Assembly: GCA_963749075.1 (NCBI GenBank)
Contig: CAVVLJ010000017.1
Span: forward strand, 896,001 to 960,000
Length of the DNA stretch: 64,000 nucleotides
Direction of reading: 5' to 3'
Source of the DNA: an uncultured Pseudomonadota bacterium
GTDB lineage: Bacteria > Pseudomonadota > Alphaproteobacteria > JACZXZ01
Both the position numbers and the translations under genes were made by a program. The notes below the pieces were generated by a model. The model ran no database searches. It was not told the origin of the DNA and was given only the letters and a program-made list of their open reading frames with translations. The stretch's first letter is position 1. Every line of letters starts with the position of its first letter. Below, in pieces: positions 40,788 to 50,891 of this stretch.

Positions 40788-42300
40788 ATGAGCGCCACGC
40801 CCGCCGAGGCCCTCGGACTCTCGATGTTCGGCGCGGTTTTCGTCCTCCTCATGTTCGGCTTTCCCGTCGCCTTCACCCTCATCGGCACCGCCGTCGCCTT
40901 CGCCTTCCTCGGCCACGCCCTCGGGCTCTTCGACCTCCAGCTCCTCTCGGCGCTGCCGCTCCGCATCGTCGGCCTCATGGACAACGACCTCCTGCAGGCG
41001 ATCCCGCTCTTCCTCTACCTCGGCGTGGTGCTGCAGCGGACGACGCTCGCCGCCGATCTGCTCGAGGGGCTCGCGGCGCTCTTCGGCCGCCGAGCCGGCG
41101 GGCTCGCGATCGCGACCGTGCTCGTCAGCATGCTCCTGGCCCCGACCACGGGCGCCGTCGGCGCCACGGTGCTGACCATCGGCCTCCTGGCCCTGCCGAG
41201 CATGCTGGCCGCCGGTTACGACCACAAGCTCGCCGCCGGCATCATCTGCAGCGCCGGCACGCTCGGCACCATCATGCCGCCCTCGATCGTGCTCATCCTG
41301 CTCGGCGATTTCATGCAGCACGCCAACATCGAGGCGCAGCTCGCGCGCGGCAAGGCGATCGCCTCGGCGATGACCGTCCAGGACGTTCTACCTGGGTGCG
41401 GTGGTGCCGGTCGGGCTGCTGCTGGCGCTCTATCTCGGCTTTGTGGTGCTGGTCGCGGTCGCGGCGCCCAAGCGCTGCCCGCCGGCTGAGGCGCAGCTCG
41501 AGCGGCGGCGCTCGCCGCTCCGCCTCTTTGCCACCATCCTGGCGCCGTTGACGCTTCTCGTGACCATGCTGGCGCTGATCATCAGCGGGCTCGCCTATAC
41601 GGTCGAAGCGGCGGCGAGCGGCGCCGTGGCCGCGACGCTCTATGCGCTGGCGCGGCGCGAGCTCAACCTGGCGCGCCTCGCCGAGACGCTCCGCCTCGTG
41701 CTCAAGCTGACCGCCATGGTGTTCATGCTGCTGATGGGCGCCTCGACCTTCTCGCTCGTCTTCCGCGGTTTCTCCGGCGACGTCTTCGTAGCACACCTCC
41801 TCTCCGGCGTTCCCGGCGGCGTGATGGGAGCGACGGCCACGGTGATGGCGATCATGTTCGGGCTCGCCTTTTTCCTGGACGCGCTCGAGATCATCTTTCT
41901 GGCGGTACCGATCGCCATGCCGCCTTTGCTCTTCCTCGGTGCCGACCCGGTCTGGCTCGCCATGTTGACCGCGATTAACCTGCAAACCGCCTTCCTTCAT
42001 CCGCCTTTCGGCTTTGCGTTGTTCTTCCTGCGCGGCGTCGCGCCGAAGGAGGTCACCACAAGCGAGATTTACCTCGGCGTCATCCCCTTCATCGCCATCC
42101 AGATCGTGGTCTTGGCGCTCGTCTGGAGCCATCCCCGCCTGGTGACGGCGTTGCCCGAGCGGTGGAACCGGGAGGCGGCCGCCGCAAGCGCCGTGGCGCG
42201 CCACGCGCCCGGGCGGCCCGGCACGCCCGAGGGCGGCCTGCCGGCGCCGAGCTACGGCGGCCCCGACCAGGTGCCGCTCGAGCTGCGCCGGCCGCCATGA
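40788..42300 (+). CDS. TRAP large permease DctM (copy 2), split by a +1 frameshift at 41381-41389
   Basis: ORF 40788 (GTLGTIMPPS) and ORF 41401 (QTAFLHPPFGF) join as VQDVYLGAVVP when one T of GGACGTTCT is removed. Confidence 0.88.
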
Positions 42301-42340
42301 AGTCTTGCGAGGTCTTTTGAAGTCTTCTAATCGAGGTCTT
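42299..42340. repeat. Four short direct repeats GARGTCTT
   Basis: GAAGTCTT 42299, GAGGTCTT 42309, GAAGTCTT 42319, GAGGTCTT 42333. Confidence 0.7.
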
Positions 42341-42402
42341 CCTAGACGGCCCTCCACTCCTGTATATTCTCCGGCCGGGAGGCTTTACTGGCGAGCCATG
42401 CC

Positions 42403-42582
42403 ATGGTCGATGGGCTGACACCCGGTACCCGCGTGCGCAACCCGCTCGAGCCCGAATGGGGGCTGGGCCAGGTGCAATCCGCGGTCGGCGCCCGCATCAC
42501 CGTCAACTTCGAGAATGCCGGCAAGCGGCTGATCAACGCGGACATGGTCTCGCTCGAGGTGGTGGAGGAGCCGCGTGGCTGA
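42403..42582 (+). CDS. DUF3553-like small protein (59 aa, below the ORF-track cutoff)
   Basis: Manual translation: MVDGLTPGTRVRNPLEPEWGLGQVQSAVGARITVNFENAGKRLINADMVSLEVVEEPRG*. Confidence 0.8.
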   Translation: MVDGLTPGTRVRNPLEPEWGLGQVQSAVGARITVNFENAGKRLINADMVSLEVVEEPRG

Positions 42583-43164
42583 GGAGGTCCTGCGGTGGCC
42601 CGGCGCCGTCCGGACGCCTGGCCCTCCGGCCGGCCGGCGGGACCTCCAATGGCGAGTCGCGAACCTTTAGTCCCTCGCCTTATCATGGTATGCTGCGCGC
42701 TCGCCGGGGCGGGGGACGTTCGGAGATGCCCCGGCAAGCTTCTGGTGGACTTCGGCGGTGGCGCGTTCGGCATCGCTGTCGGGTAGATCGCGTTCGTTAC
42801 CACGGGCATGAAAGTCGCCGGTGCGGCGGGGCATAATTTGCAACCGCCGCGCCGAGCGGGCGTTATGGTCAAGCGGCACCCGGCGTGCAAACGAGGGCCG
42901 CGGACCGCAAGCAGGAGCGAGCGCCGCCGCCTCGAGCGGCGGCTGGTACGGAAGGACGGCTGGTTGCCCATATGGTGGAGCATGGCCCGCGCGCGGCCAA
43001 GGGCGCCTCGCGCGGACAACCCGGCCCGCATTGACGTTGCTGGAGCGAGGCCGGGGCAACGATAACAACCCGCCAAAGGGGGCAAGCGTTCTATTGGGAG
43101 CCGCAACGGGTCGAGGTCATCGCCTCGATCGAGGGGACGCATTGCAGGTCAAGAAAAATCTCTC

Positions 43165-46100
43165 ATGGGTGTCGGCATGAAGAAAAGCGAGAGGATCGGC
43201 GTCGCGTCGGATTTCTATGCGACGGTGCTCGACGGCCTTCGCGAGGGCGTGCTGGTCTCCGGCGAGGACGACGCGGTGCGCTATGCCAATCCGAGTGCAG
43301 CAAGCCTGATCGGCATGCCTGCGGCGGCACTCGTCGGGACGCCATTCCTCGCCGAGCCGCCGCTGGCGGCATTGGCGGAACTGCAGCCGCTCTATCGCGT
43401 GGCCAAGGCGGCGCTGGCGACGCAGAGCGCCGAGGCCTTAGCCGTAGAGAACGCCTCCGGAGCGCTCACGCTGCAGGCGGTCTCCATGGTCCCGCTGGTG
43501 GAGAGCGGGGTTTACCGCGGCATGATCTGCACCATGGCCAACATCTCCGAGCGCGCCCTGAGGGAGGAGGCGCTGCGCAACTCCGAGCTGCGCCATCGGC
43601 GCCTCTTCGAGACCGCCGGCTACGGCATCATCGTTCTGGACGGGGAGACGCGGCGCATCATCGACGTGAATGCGGCTCTCCTCGCCCTCTTCGGCCACGG
43701 GCCCGAGGAATTCCTCGGCAAGACCCTAGCCGAGACGGCGCCCTTCAAGGGCGCCGCGGCGAGTGCTGCCAGCCTCAACGGGATCGAGGCCGCCGACCAA
43801 TTGCTCTACGAGGAGCTCCCCCTCGCAACGCGCGACGGACGTCTGGTCGAGGTCGAGCTCGTCGCAGCGCTTACCGAGGCCGGCGCGGCGAAGCTCATTC
43901 AATGCAGCCTGCGCGACGTGAGCGAGTGGGCGCACGCCATCGCCGAGCTCAAGCGCCGCGAGGTCATGCTCCAGGCCGTGATGGCGCGCGCCTCCGAGCT
44001 CTTGCGCGCGAGCGAGCTCTCCCGCGCCATCCCCGAGCTGCTCGAGCACTTGGGCGGAGCCCTCGGAATCGGGCGCGCGGACCTCTTCGAGAACGAGCGC
44101 CGCGCCGACGGGCGGCTCGTCGCCCGCCAGCGCTTCGAATGGCGCGCGTCCGACGCCCCTCAGCGCGCCGACAGGTGGTTCTGGCGCGCCCTCGATTTCG
44201 AGGCGCTGGGCCTCGCCGCCTGGCTTACGGGGCTGGCGCAGGGCCAGGTCGCGGCGGTGGACGCGGCACAGGCCGAAGGTGAGCTGCGCCGCGCCATGGC
44301 GGCGGCGGGTGCTGCCTCGCTCCTCGTCGTGCCCATCCTCGCCGAGGGCGTCTGGTGGGGCGAGATCGCCTGCATCCGCGGCGTCCGGGAGCGCTCCTGG
44401 TCCGGCAGCGAGATCGACGTGCTCAAGACCGTGGCGGACCTGATCGGCGGCTGGCTCGCCAAACGGCGGATGTTGGGGGATATGGAGGACGCCGAGCGCA
44501 TCGCGGCAAGCAGCCCGACGGTGCTCATCCGCATGGCCGCCAAGGAGAAATGGCCGATCGCCTACGTCTCGCGCAACGTCGCGCGCTACGGCTACGAGGC
44601 GCGCAGCCTCGTCGAGGCTGCCGCGAGCTGCGAGGAGCTCATCCATCCCGACGACCGCGCGGCGTTCGTCGAGGACAGCCGGCGCATCCTCAACGGCGTC
44701 AGCGACAGTCTCAAGCGCGAATGCCGCGTGCGCGCTGCGGACGAGACCTATCGCTGGGTCGAGATGCGCATGAACGCCGTGCGCGCCGCCGACGGACGCC
44801 TCGTCGCCCTCGAGGGCGCGGTCACCAACGTCGACGACCGGCGCCGCATCGAGGACAAGGCTTCCGAGCTCGCGCGCAACGATGCGCTGACCGGGCTTGC
44901 CAACCGCGCCTCCTTCCACGACCGGCTGAACCAGGTGTTCTCCGCGGCGAAGCGGGGTGCCGCACCCTTCGCCGTGCTCTACCTCGATCTCGACCGCTTC
45001 AAGGAGGTCAACGACACGCTCGGCCACCCCGTAGGCGATCTCCTGCTGCAGGCCGTGGCGGAGCGCCTCACCAAGCTCGTGCGCAAGGCGGACATCGTCG
45101 CGCGCTTCGGGGGCGACGAGTTCGCCATCCTGCAGGCCGGCGTCGCCGACCCCGAGGGCGCCGGCGCGCTCGCGGCCAAGATCGGGGCGGAGATCGCGGC
45201 AGCCTTCCGCCTGGGCAGCTCGCAGGTGCAGATCACGGCGAGCGTCGGCATCGCGATCTATGCCGCCGACACGGAAAGCCCCTCGGACATGATCGCGCAG
45301 GCGGACCTGGCGCTCTACCGGGCCAAAGAGGAGGGCCGCAACCAGTACCGCTTCCACACCAAGAAGCTCGACGAGCTGGTGCGCGATCGCGTGGTCCTCG
45401 CCAACGAGCTGCGCTCGGGCATCGGGCGCAACGAGCTCGAGCTCTACTACCAGCCGCAAGTGGAGCTCGCTTCCGGCCGCATTTCTGGCATGGAGGCGCT
45501 GGTGCGCTGGAACCACCCCAAGCGCGGCCAGCTCCTGCCCGGCGTCTTCGTGCCGGTCGCCGAGCGGACGGGCGGTATCCAGCCGCTCGGAGACTGGGTG
45601 CTCGGCGAGGCCTTCCGCCAGTACGGGCGCTGGCGCGAGCTGGGCATCGCGCCGTCGGTGATCGCCGTCAACCTCTCGGCCGGGCAATTCAAGATCCGCT
45701 CCGAGTTCGGGGCCACCGTCGCCGAGGATCTCAAGACGGTGGGCATCGACCCCGGCGACGTGGAGCTCGAGCTCACCGAGGCGGCGCTGATGGAGACCAC
45801 GCGCGCGCGCGAGGGCTCCCTCGATCGCCTGCGCGAGCTCGGCCTGCGCATCGTCATCGACGACTTCGGCACCGGCTACTCCTCGCTCGAGTATTTGCGC
45901 GACAACCGGGTGAGCCGCCTCAAGATCGCTCCGCAATATGTCCGCGACATGATGACGGACCCCGGATCGGCCACCATCGTGCGCGCGACGATCGGGCTGG
46001 CGCGCGAGCTCGGCATCGAGACCGTGGCGCAAGGGGTGGAGGCGGAAAGCCAGCGCGCCTTCCTGGAGGACGCCGGCTGCAAGTACATCCAGGGCTACTA

Positions 46101-46218
46101 CTTCAGCGCGCCGGTGCCGCCGGGCCGCGCCACCGAGCTCCTGCTGCAGCGCACGATCGAGCCGGCGGCGCCGAGGCCCGCCGGCGCCAACGGCGGGGGC
46201 GGGAGCCCGCCGGCCTGA
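43165..46218 (+). CDS. PAS-PAS-GAF-PAS-GGDEF-EAL c-di-GMP signalling protein
   Basis: IHPDD PAS, DALTGLANR, RKAD I-site with GGDEF, MEALVRW and DDFGTGYSS. Confidence 0.92.
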   Translation: MGVGMKKSERIGVASDFYATVLDGLREGVLVSGEDDAVRYANPSAASLIGMPAAALVGTPFLAEPPLAALAELQPLYRVAKAALATQSAEALAVENASGALTLQAVSMVPLVESGVYRGMICTMANISERALREEALRNSELRHRRLFETAGYGIIVLDGETRRIIDVNAALLALFGHGPEEFLGKTLAETAPFKGAAASAASLNGIEAADQLLYEELPLATRDGRLVEVELVAALTEAGAAKLIQCSLRDVSEWAHAIAELKRREVMLQAVMARASELLRASELSRAIPELLEHLGGALGIGRADLFENERRADGRLVARQRFEWRASDAPQRADRWFWRALDFEALGLAAWLTGLAQGQVAAVDAAQAEGELRRAMAAAGAASLLVVPILAEGVWWGEIACIRGVRERSWSGSEIDVLKTVADLIGGWLAKRRMLGDMEDAERIAASSPTVLIRMAAKEKWPIAYVSRNVARYGYEARSLVEAAASCEELIHPDDRAAFVEDSRRILNGVSDSLKRECRVRAADETYRWVEMRMNAVRAADGRLVALEGAVTNVDDRRRIEDKASELARNDALTGLANRASFHDRLNQVFSAAKRGAAPFAVLYLDLDRFKEVNDTLGHPVGDLLLQAVAERLTKLVRKADIVARFGGDEFAILQAGVADPEGAGALAAKIGAEIAAAFRLGSSQVQITASVGIAIYAADTESPSDMIAQADLALYRAKEEGRNQYRFHTKKLDELVRDRVVLANELRSGIGRNELELYYQPQVELASGRISGMEALVRWNHPKRGQLLPGVFVPVAERTGGIQPLGDWVLGEAFRQYGRWRELGIAPSVIAVNLSAGQFKIRSEFGATVAEDLKTVGIDPGDVELELTEAALMETTRAREGSLDRLRELGLRIVIDDFGTGYSSLEYLRDNRVSRLKIAPQYVRDMMTDPGSATIVRATIGLARELGIETVAQGVEAESQRAFLEDAGCKYIQGYYFSAPVPPGRATELLLQRTIEPAAPRPAGANGGGGSPPA

Positions 46219-46248
46219 GACCGTGACGTTCGAGCGGACGGCCGCCCT

Positions 46249-48588
46249 TCAGCCGCGCGGGCCCATGCGGGTGCTGCCGTGCGCTTCGCGGATGGCGCGC
46301 CACACCCGCTCCGGCGTCGCCGGCATGTCGAGCTGCCGCACGCCGAGCGGCGCCAGGGCGTCGAGCACGGCGTTCATGACGGTCTGCGGTGCCGCGATGC
46401 AGCCGGCCTGGCCCGAGCCCTTGACGCCGAGCGGGTTCGCCGCGGTCGGCGTGCCCGAGAGCGTGACCTCGAAGAAAGGGAGATCGTCCGCCCGCGGGAG
46501 CGCGTAATCCATGAGCGAGCCGCTCAAGAGCTGGCCCGACTGCGGGTCGTAGACGGTGTGCTCGAGGAGCGCCTGGCCGATGCCCTGGGCGACCCCTCCC
46601 AGCACCTGGCCCTCGGTCAGGCGCGGATTGACGAGGCGGCCGAAGTCGTCGACGACGGTATAGCGCACGAGGGTCACCCGGCCGGTCTCCGGGTCGACCT
46701 CGACCTCCGCCACGTGGCAGCCGTTCGGATAGGTGTATTGCACGCACCGGTTCCGTGCCGCGGCGTCGAGGCCGGGCGGCATGCCGTCGGGCAAATTGCC
46801 CGCATCGCGCGCCGCGTGCGCGAGTGCCAGGAGATCGATGCCGCGCTCGCTTCTGCCGGCCGTGTAGCGCCCGCCGGCGAAGTCGACCTCATCGGGTGCG
46901 GCCTGGAGGAGGTGCGCTGCGATGATGCGGCCCTTGGCGATGACGCCCTCCGCCGCCATGACGAGCGCCGCCCCACCCATATGCATGGAGCGGGCACCGC
47001 CATGCCCGGCGCCGCGCGCCACGGTCCGGGTATCCGCTTGCACGAAGCGGAAGGCCGCGAGCGGCAGGCCCAAGAGATCGGCCGCGATCTGGGCATAGCT
47101 CGTCTCGTGGCCCTGGCCGTTCGACTGGGTGCCGAGCACGAGCGCTACGCGGCCGCCGTCCTCGAAGCGGATCTCGGCCGCCTCCTCGGGCTGGCCGCGC
47201 GCCGTCTCGAGGAAGCAGGCGACGCCCAGGCCGCGCAGCCGGCCGCGCGCCTTCGTCTCGGCGCGGCGTGCCGCGAAGCCGGCGCGGTCGGCCCGCACCA
47301 CCGCCTCGTCGAGATTGGCGGCAAAGCGCCCGCCGTCGATCACCATGCCCATGGCGCTTCTGTAGGGGAAGGCGGCGATCATGTTGCGCCGGCGGAGCTC
47401 CACCGCATCGCCGCCGAGGCGCTCGGCCGCGAGCTCGACCAGGCGCTCGATGAGATAATTGGCCTCGGGCTTGCCGGCGCCGCGGTAGGCGTCGATGGGG
47501 ACGGTGTTGGTGAAGGCGCCGCGCACGTCCATGAAGATCGCCGGGATGGCGTAGACGCCGCCCATGGCGGTGGCCGGCGCATTGGTCGAGCTCGCCGGAC
47601 CGAGGGTCGAGAGATAGGCGCCGAGGTTGGCGACCGTCGCGACGTGGAGAGCGAGGAAGCGGCCGGAGGCGTCGAGCGCCAGGCGCGCGCGCGTATGGTT
47701 GTCGCGGCCTTGCGTGGCACTCACGAACTCCTCGCCGCGCTCGGCGGTCCATTTGACCGGGCGGCCGAGGCGCCGCGCCGCCCACAGCACGAGCACCCAT
47801 TCGGGATAGAGGAAGTTCTTCATGCCGAAGCCGCCGCCCACGTCGGGCGCCCACACGTCGATGCGCTCGGGCGGCAGGTGGAAGATGGCGCCGGCGAGCT
47901 GGCGGCGAATGGCATGCACGTCCTGGCCGGTGACGAGGAGCTCGAGGCGGTCGGCCGCGGCGTCGTAGCTGCCGATCGCCGCGCGCGGCTCGATCGGCGT
48001 CACCACGATGCGGTTGTTGACGAGCTCGATCTCGACGACGACGGGGGCCGCGGCAAAGGCCCTCTCCACGGCCGCGCGGTCGCCCTTCTGGAAGCGGTAG
48101 GCGAGATTTCCCGGGCATTCCTCCCACAAGAGCGGCGCCCCGGGCTCGAGGGCCAGCGGACCATCGACCACCGCGGGCAGCGCCTCATAGGCGACCTCGA
48201 TGAGCTCGGCCGCGTCGAGCGCCGCATCGGCGCTCTCGGCCACCACGAGCGCCACCGGGTCGCCCACGTGGCGCACGCGGCCGCGCGCGAGCGCATAACG
48301 CGGCGGCACCACCAAGGGAGCGAGCATCTCGGCGGTCGAAATGCAGGGCAGTGCCCCGATGCCGTCGGCCCGGAGATCGTCCTCGGTGAAGACGCCGAGC
48401 ACGCCCGGCACGCCGCGCGCCGCTGCCGCATCGATCCGCTCGATGAGCGCATGGGCGTGCGGCGAGCGCAGCACGCGGGCATGGAGTTGGCCCGCAAGAT
48501 TGACGTTGTCGACAAATCGCCCGCGCCCGGTGAGGAAGCGATCGTCCTCGAGCCGAGGGACCGACCGGCCGGTACTCTTGAGCTCCAC
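46249..48588 (-). CDS. Xanthine dehydrogenase family molybdopterin-binding large subunit (CoxL form II-like)
   Basis: RLEDDRFLTGRG, VGGGFGMK, AYRGAGKPE, GQGHETSY and GQVLGGVAQGIG motifs. Confidence 0.9.
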   Translation of the reverse strand: MELKSTGRSVPRLEDDRFLTGRGRFVDNVNLAGQLHARVLRSPHAHALIERIDAAAARGVPGVLGVFTEDDLRADGIGALPCISTAEMLAPLVVPPRYALARGRVRHVGDPVALVVAESADAALDAAELIEVAYEALPAVVDGPLALEPGAPLLWEECPGNLAYRFQKGDRAAVERAFAAAPVVVEIELVNNRIVVTPIEPRAAIGSYDAAADRLELLVTGQDVHAIRRQLAGAIFHLPPERIDVWAPDVGGGFGMKNFLYPEWVLVLWAARRLGRPVKWTAERGEEFVSATQGRDNHTRARLALDASGRFLALHVATVANLGAYLSTLGPASSTNAPATAMGGVYAIPAIFMDVRGAFTNTVPIDAYRGAGKPEANYLIERLVELAAERLGGDAVELRRRNMIAAFPYRSAMGMVIDGGRFAANLDEAVVRADRAGFAARRAETKARGRLRGLGVACFLETARGQPEEAAEIRFEDGGRVALVLGTQSNGQGHETSYAQIAADLLGLPLAAFRFVQADTRTVARGAGHGGARSMHMGGAALVMAAEGVIAKGRIIAAHLLQAAPDEVDFAGGRYTAGRSERGIDLLALAHAARDAGNLPDGMPPGLDAAARNRCVQYTYPNGCHVAEVEVDPETGRVTLVRYTVVDDFGRLVNPRLTEGQVLGGVAQGIGQALLEHTVYDPQSGQLLSGSLMDYALPRADDLPFFEVTLSGTPTAANPLGVKGSGQAGCIAAPQTVMNAVLDALAPLGVRQLDMPATPERVWRAIREAHGSTRMGPRG

Positions 48589-48738
48589 CTGTCGGCCGTC
48601 CTCCCATCCGAGCTCGCGCTGGCACCCGCGTGCCGCTGCATCGTCATCTACCCGAGGCACCGGCAGACGGCAAGCGGGCGCGGCATCGCACGGCCGTGAC
48701 GACAGCCGCCGCCTTGCCCGGGCCGTGCGATGCCATAT

Positions 48739-48755
48739 ATATTCTAGCTGAATAT
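48739..48755. promoter_or_regulatory. Palindromic operator upstream of vapBC
   Basis: ATATTC-tagct-GAATAT in an AT-rich patch before vapB. Confidence 0.45.
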
Positions 48756-48782
48756 CCTCCTAGGTAGAAACAAGGCCCCGCC

Positions 48783-49037
48783 ATGGCCCTCAGCATCAAG
48801 GATCCGCAGACCGACAAGCTCGCGCGCGAGGTCGCGCGGCTCGCGGGGGAAAGCATTACCCAAGCGGTCAACCGTGCGCTCGAGGAGCGTCTCAAGAAGC
48901 TCAAACAGCGGCGCGGCAGCCGCTCGCTCGCGGCCGACCTGATCGAGATCGCCCGGCATTGCGCATCGCTGCCTGTGCTCGACGACCGCTCGCCCGACGA
49001 GATCATCGGTTATGACGAGAATGGCCTGCCTCGCTGA
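48783..49037 (+). CDS. vapB: VapB family antitoxin
   Basis: MALSIKDPQTDKLAREVA..GESITQAV..IIGYDENGLP. Confidence 0.9.
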   Translation: MALSIKDPQTDKLAREVARLAGESITQAVNRALEERLKKLKQRRGSRSLAADLIEIARHCASLPVLDDRSPDEIIGYDENGLPR

Positions 49038-49423
49038 TGGTCATCGATAGCTCTGCCGTACTCGCGATTCTGCTGATGGAACCGGACGCCGAGCGTCTTG
49101 CCCAGGCGATCGAGGCCGGCGTCCCGCGCCTCATGTCGGCTGCGACGTTGCTCGAGACGGCGATTGTCGTGGAACGGCGCAGCAACGGCACCGGCGCGCA
49201 TGCGCTCGACGCCTTCGTTAGGCGCGCCGGCATCGAGATCGTGCCCTTCGACGCGGAGCAGGCAGCAATCGCACGCGCGGCGGATCGCCGCTACGGCAAG
49301 GGCCGGCACCGTGCCGGGCTCAATTTCGGCGATCTCTTCGCCTATGCGCTTGCCAAGACGACGGGCGAGCCGCTGCTCTGCAAGGGCGGCGATTTCGCCC
49401 GCACCGACCTCGAGCTGCTCTGA
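49037..49423 (+). CDS. vapC: VapC PIN toxin
   Basis: MVIDSSA, LLE, YGKGRHRAGLNFGD and KGGDF motifs; TGATG coupling. Confidence 0.93.
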   Translation: MVIDSSAVLAILLMEPDAERLAQAIEAGVPRLMSAATLLETAIVVERRSNGTGAHALDAFVRRAGIEIVPFDAEQAAIARAADRRYGKGRHRAGLNFGDLFAYALAKTTGEPLLCKGGDFARTDLELL

Positions 49424-49466
49424 GCCGCCGATTGTCATTTCGGGCCCAGGGGCGCAAGAAGAGGCC

Positions 49467-50744
49467 ATGACCACCGCTCCGCCGTCCCGCGCCGAAGCGC
49501 CGGCTCTCCTTCCGGGTGCCGTGCTCGCGGCTCCGGACGGTGGCACGGGCCGCGTGCTCCGCGATTTCGCGCGCGAGCTCGCCGCGCGCGGCTGGCGCAC
49601 CGGGGGCGTCGTCATCGAGACTCGCCTCGACGCCGGCGGCGAGAAGAGAAGGCTCGACCTCATCGAGCTTGGCCGCGGCGAGAGGCGCTTGGTGCTGGAC
49701 GCGGCGGCGCTCGAGGAGGGCAACCGCATCATCCGGCGCGCCGTAGCGGAGCGGGCCGAACTCGTCGTGGTCGACGGATTCGGCCCGATCGAGGGCGGCG
49801 GCCAGGGCTTCTCGGAGGGCCTGCGCGCGGCCCTCGACGCCGGCAGCCCGCTCCTCGTCGCCGTGCCGGGCGAGCTCCTCGAGCGCTTCGACCGCTTCGC
49901 CGCCACGCCCACCGCCCTGCTGCGGCCGGAGACAGCGGCGCTGTGGCGCTGGTGGGGTCCCTATCGGCTCTATGAGGAGCTCGCGCGCGGCGTCGCCGAT
50001 GCACCGGCCTCGCGCGTCATAGCCGGTCTCAACTGGACCCTCGTCGAGGGCCCGGACGGCATCGGGCTCGCCCACAGTCCCGCGCGCGACGCGCCCGGCT
50101 GCCGCACGGCGGCGAGGCTCGGAGACTATGCCGGCACCCCGCTCGGCAAGCTCGCCAGGCTTGCCCTCTCGTGGAACCCCTTCGAGGCGGCGATCGGGCT
50201 CGCCGCGATCAACGCCCACTACAACCGGCATGACCTCGCGGGCGCTGCGGTCAACGGGCTCGATCACATCGCCCGGCTCCCCGGGCGCAAGCTCGTGATC
50301 GGGCGCTTTCCCGAGCTCGAGCGGCGCATACCGGACGCCCGCGTGATCGAGCGCGCGCCCGGCCCCGGCGATCTCCCCGAGGCGGCGGCCGATTGGCTGC
50401 TGGGTGCCGCCGACGCGGTCGCCGTCACCGCCTCGGCCCTGGGCAACCTCACGCTGCCGCGCCTCCTCTCCTCAGCATCGGGCGCACGCATGGCCCTCGT
50501 GGGCCCGGGCACGCCGCTCTCGCCGCAGCTCCACGCCTACGGCATCGAGGTGCTCTCGGGCCTCGTCATCGAGGACGGCGAGCGCGCCGCGCGCGCGGTC
50601 GCGGAAGGCGGTGCCGTCAAGGCGCTCAAGGCCTGCGGACGGCAGGTGACCCTCGTCCAAGGCCGCCCGCCGCCTGCCGAGGGGTCGCCCGAGGGGCCGG
50701 CGGATAGCCGCGCGACGGGCAGGAAACTATCGCTGCATCAATAG
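49467..50744 (+). CDS. DUF2478-like domain fused to DUF4213/DUF364 Rossmann-like domain
   Basis: N-part ELAARGWRTGGVV..LVVVDGFG..PLLVAV; C-part SWNPFEAAIGLAAINA, IGRFP, VTASALGNLTLPRLL and LVGPGTPL. Confidence 0.7.
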   Translation: MTTAPPSRAEAPALLPGAVLAAPDGGTGRVLRDFARELAARGWRTGGVVIETRLDAGGEKRRLDLIELGRGERRLVLDAAALEEGNRIIRRAVAERAELVVVDGFGPIEGGGQGFSEGLRAALDAGSPLLVAVPGELLERFDRFAATPTALLRPETAALWRWWGPYRLYEELARGVADAPASRVIAGLNWTLVEGPDGIGLAHSPARDAPGCRTAARLGDYAGTPLGKLARLALSWNPFEAAIGLAAINAHYNRHDLAGAAVNGLDHIARLPGRKLVIGRFPELERRIPDARVIERAPGPGDLPEAAADWLLGAADAVAVTASALGNLTLPRLLSSASGARMALVGPGTPLSPQLHAYGIEVLSGLVIEDGERAARAVAEGGAVKALKACGRQVTLVQGRPPPAEGSPEGPADSRATGRKLSLHQ

Positions 50745-50891
50745 CTTGCCCTGCCTCCGCCGATGCCGGCACGGGCCCCGCCACGGGCCTCATTGCGAAT
50801 CTCGCCTTTCGCCGGGACCCGTGCTATGGATGCCCCTCGCGGGGCCTTTAGGCCCCGCCTCCATGTGAGGTCGCGCAGGTTGCCAGCCGCC

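Noticed and set aside
42299-42340. CRISPR or mini-array
   Set aside because: 8-bp units with 2-6 bp gaps, no spacers and no cas genes; no CRISPR array was seen in the window.
43050-43120. Possible c-di-GMP-I riboswitch upstream of the GGDEF-EAL gene
   Set aside because: The GGCAAA...GAAA...GACGCAAA architecture is not convincingly present; an Infernal scan would be needed.
46249-48588. Aerobic CO dehydrogenase (form I CoxL)
   Set aside because: The active-site loop is AYRGAGK, not AYxCSFR, and there are no coxM/S or accessory genes.
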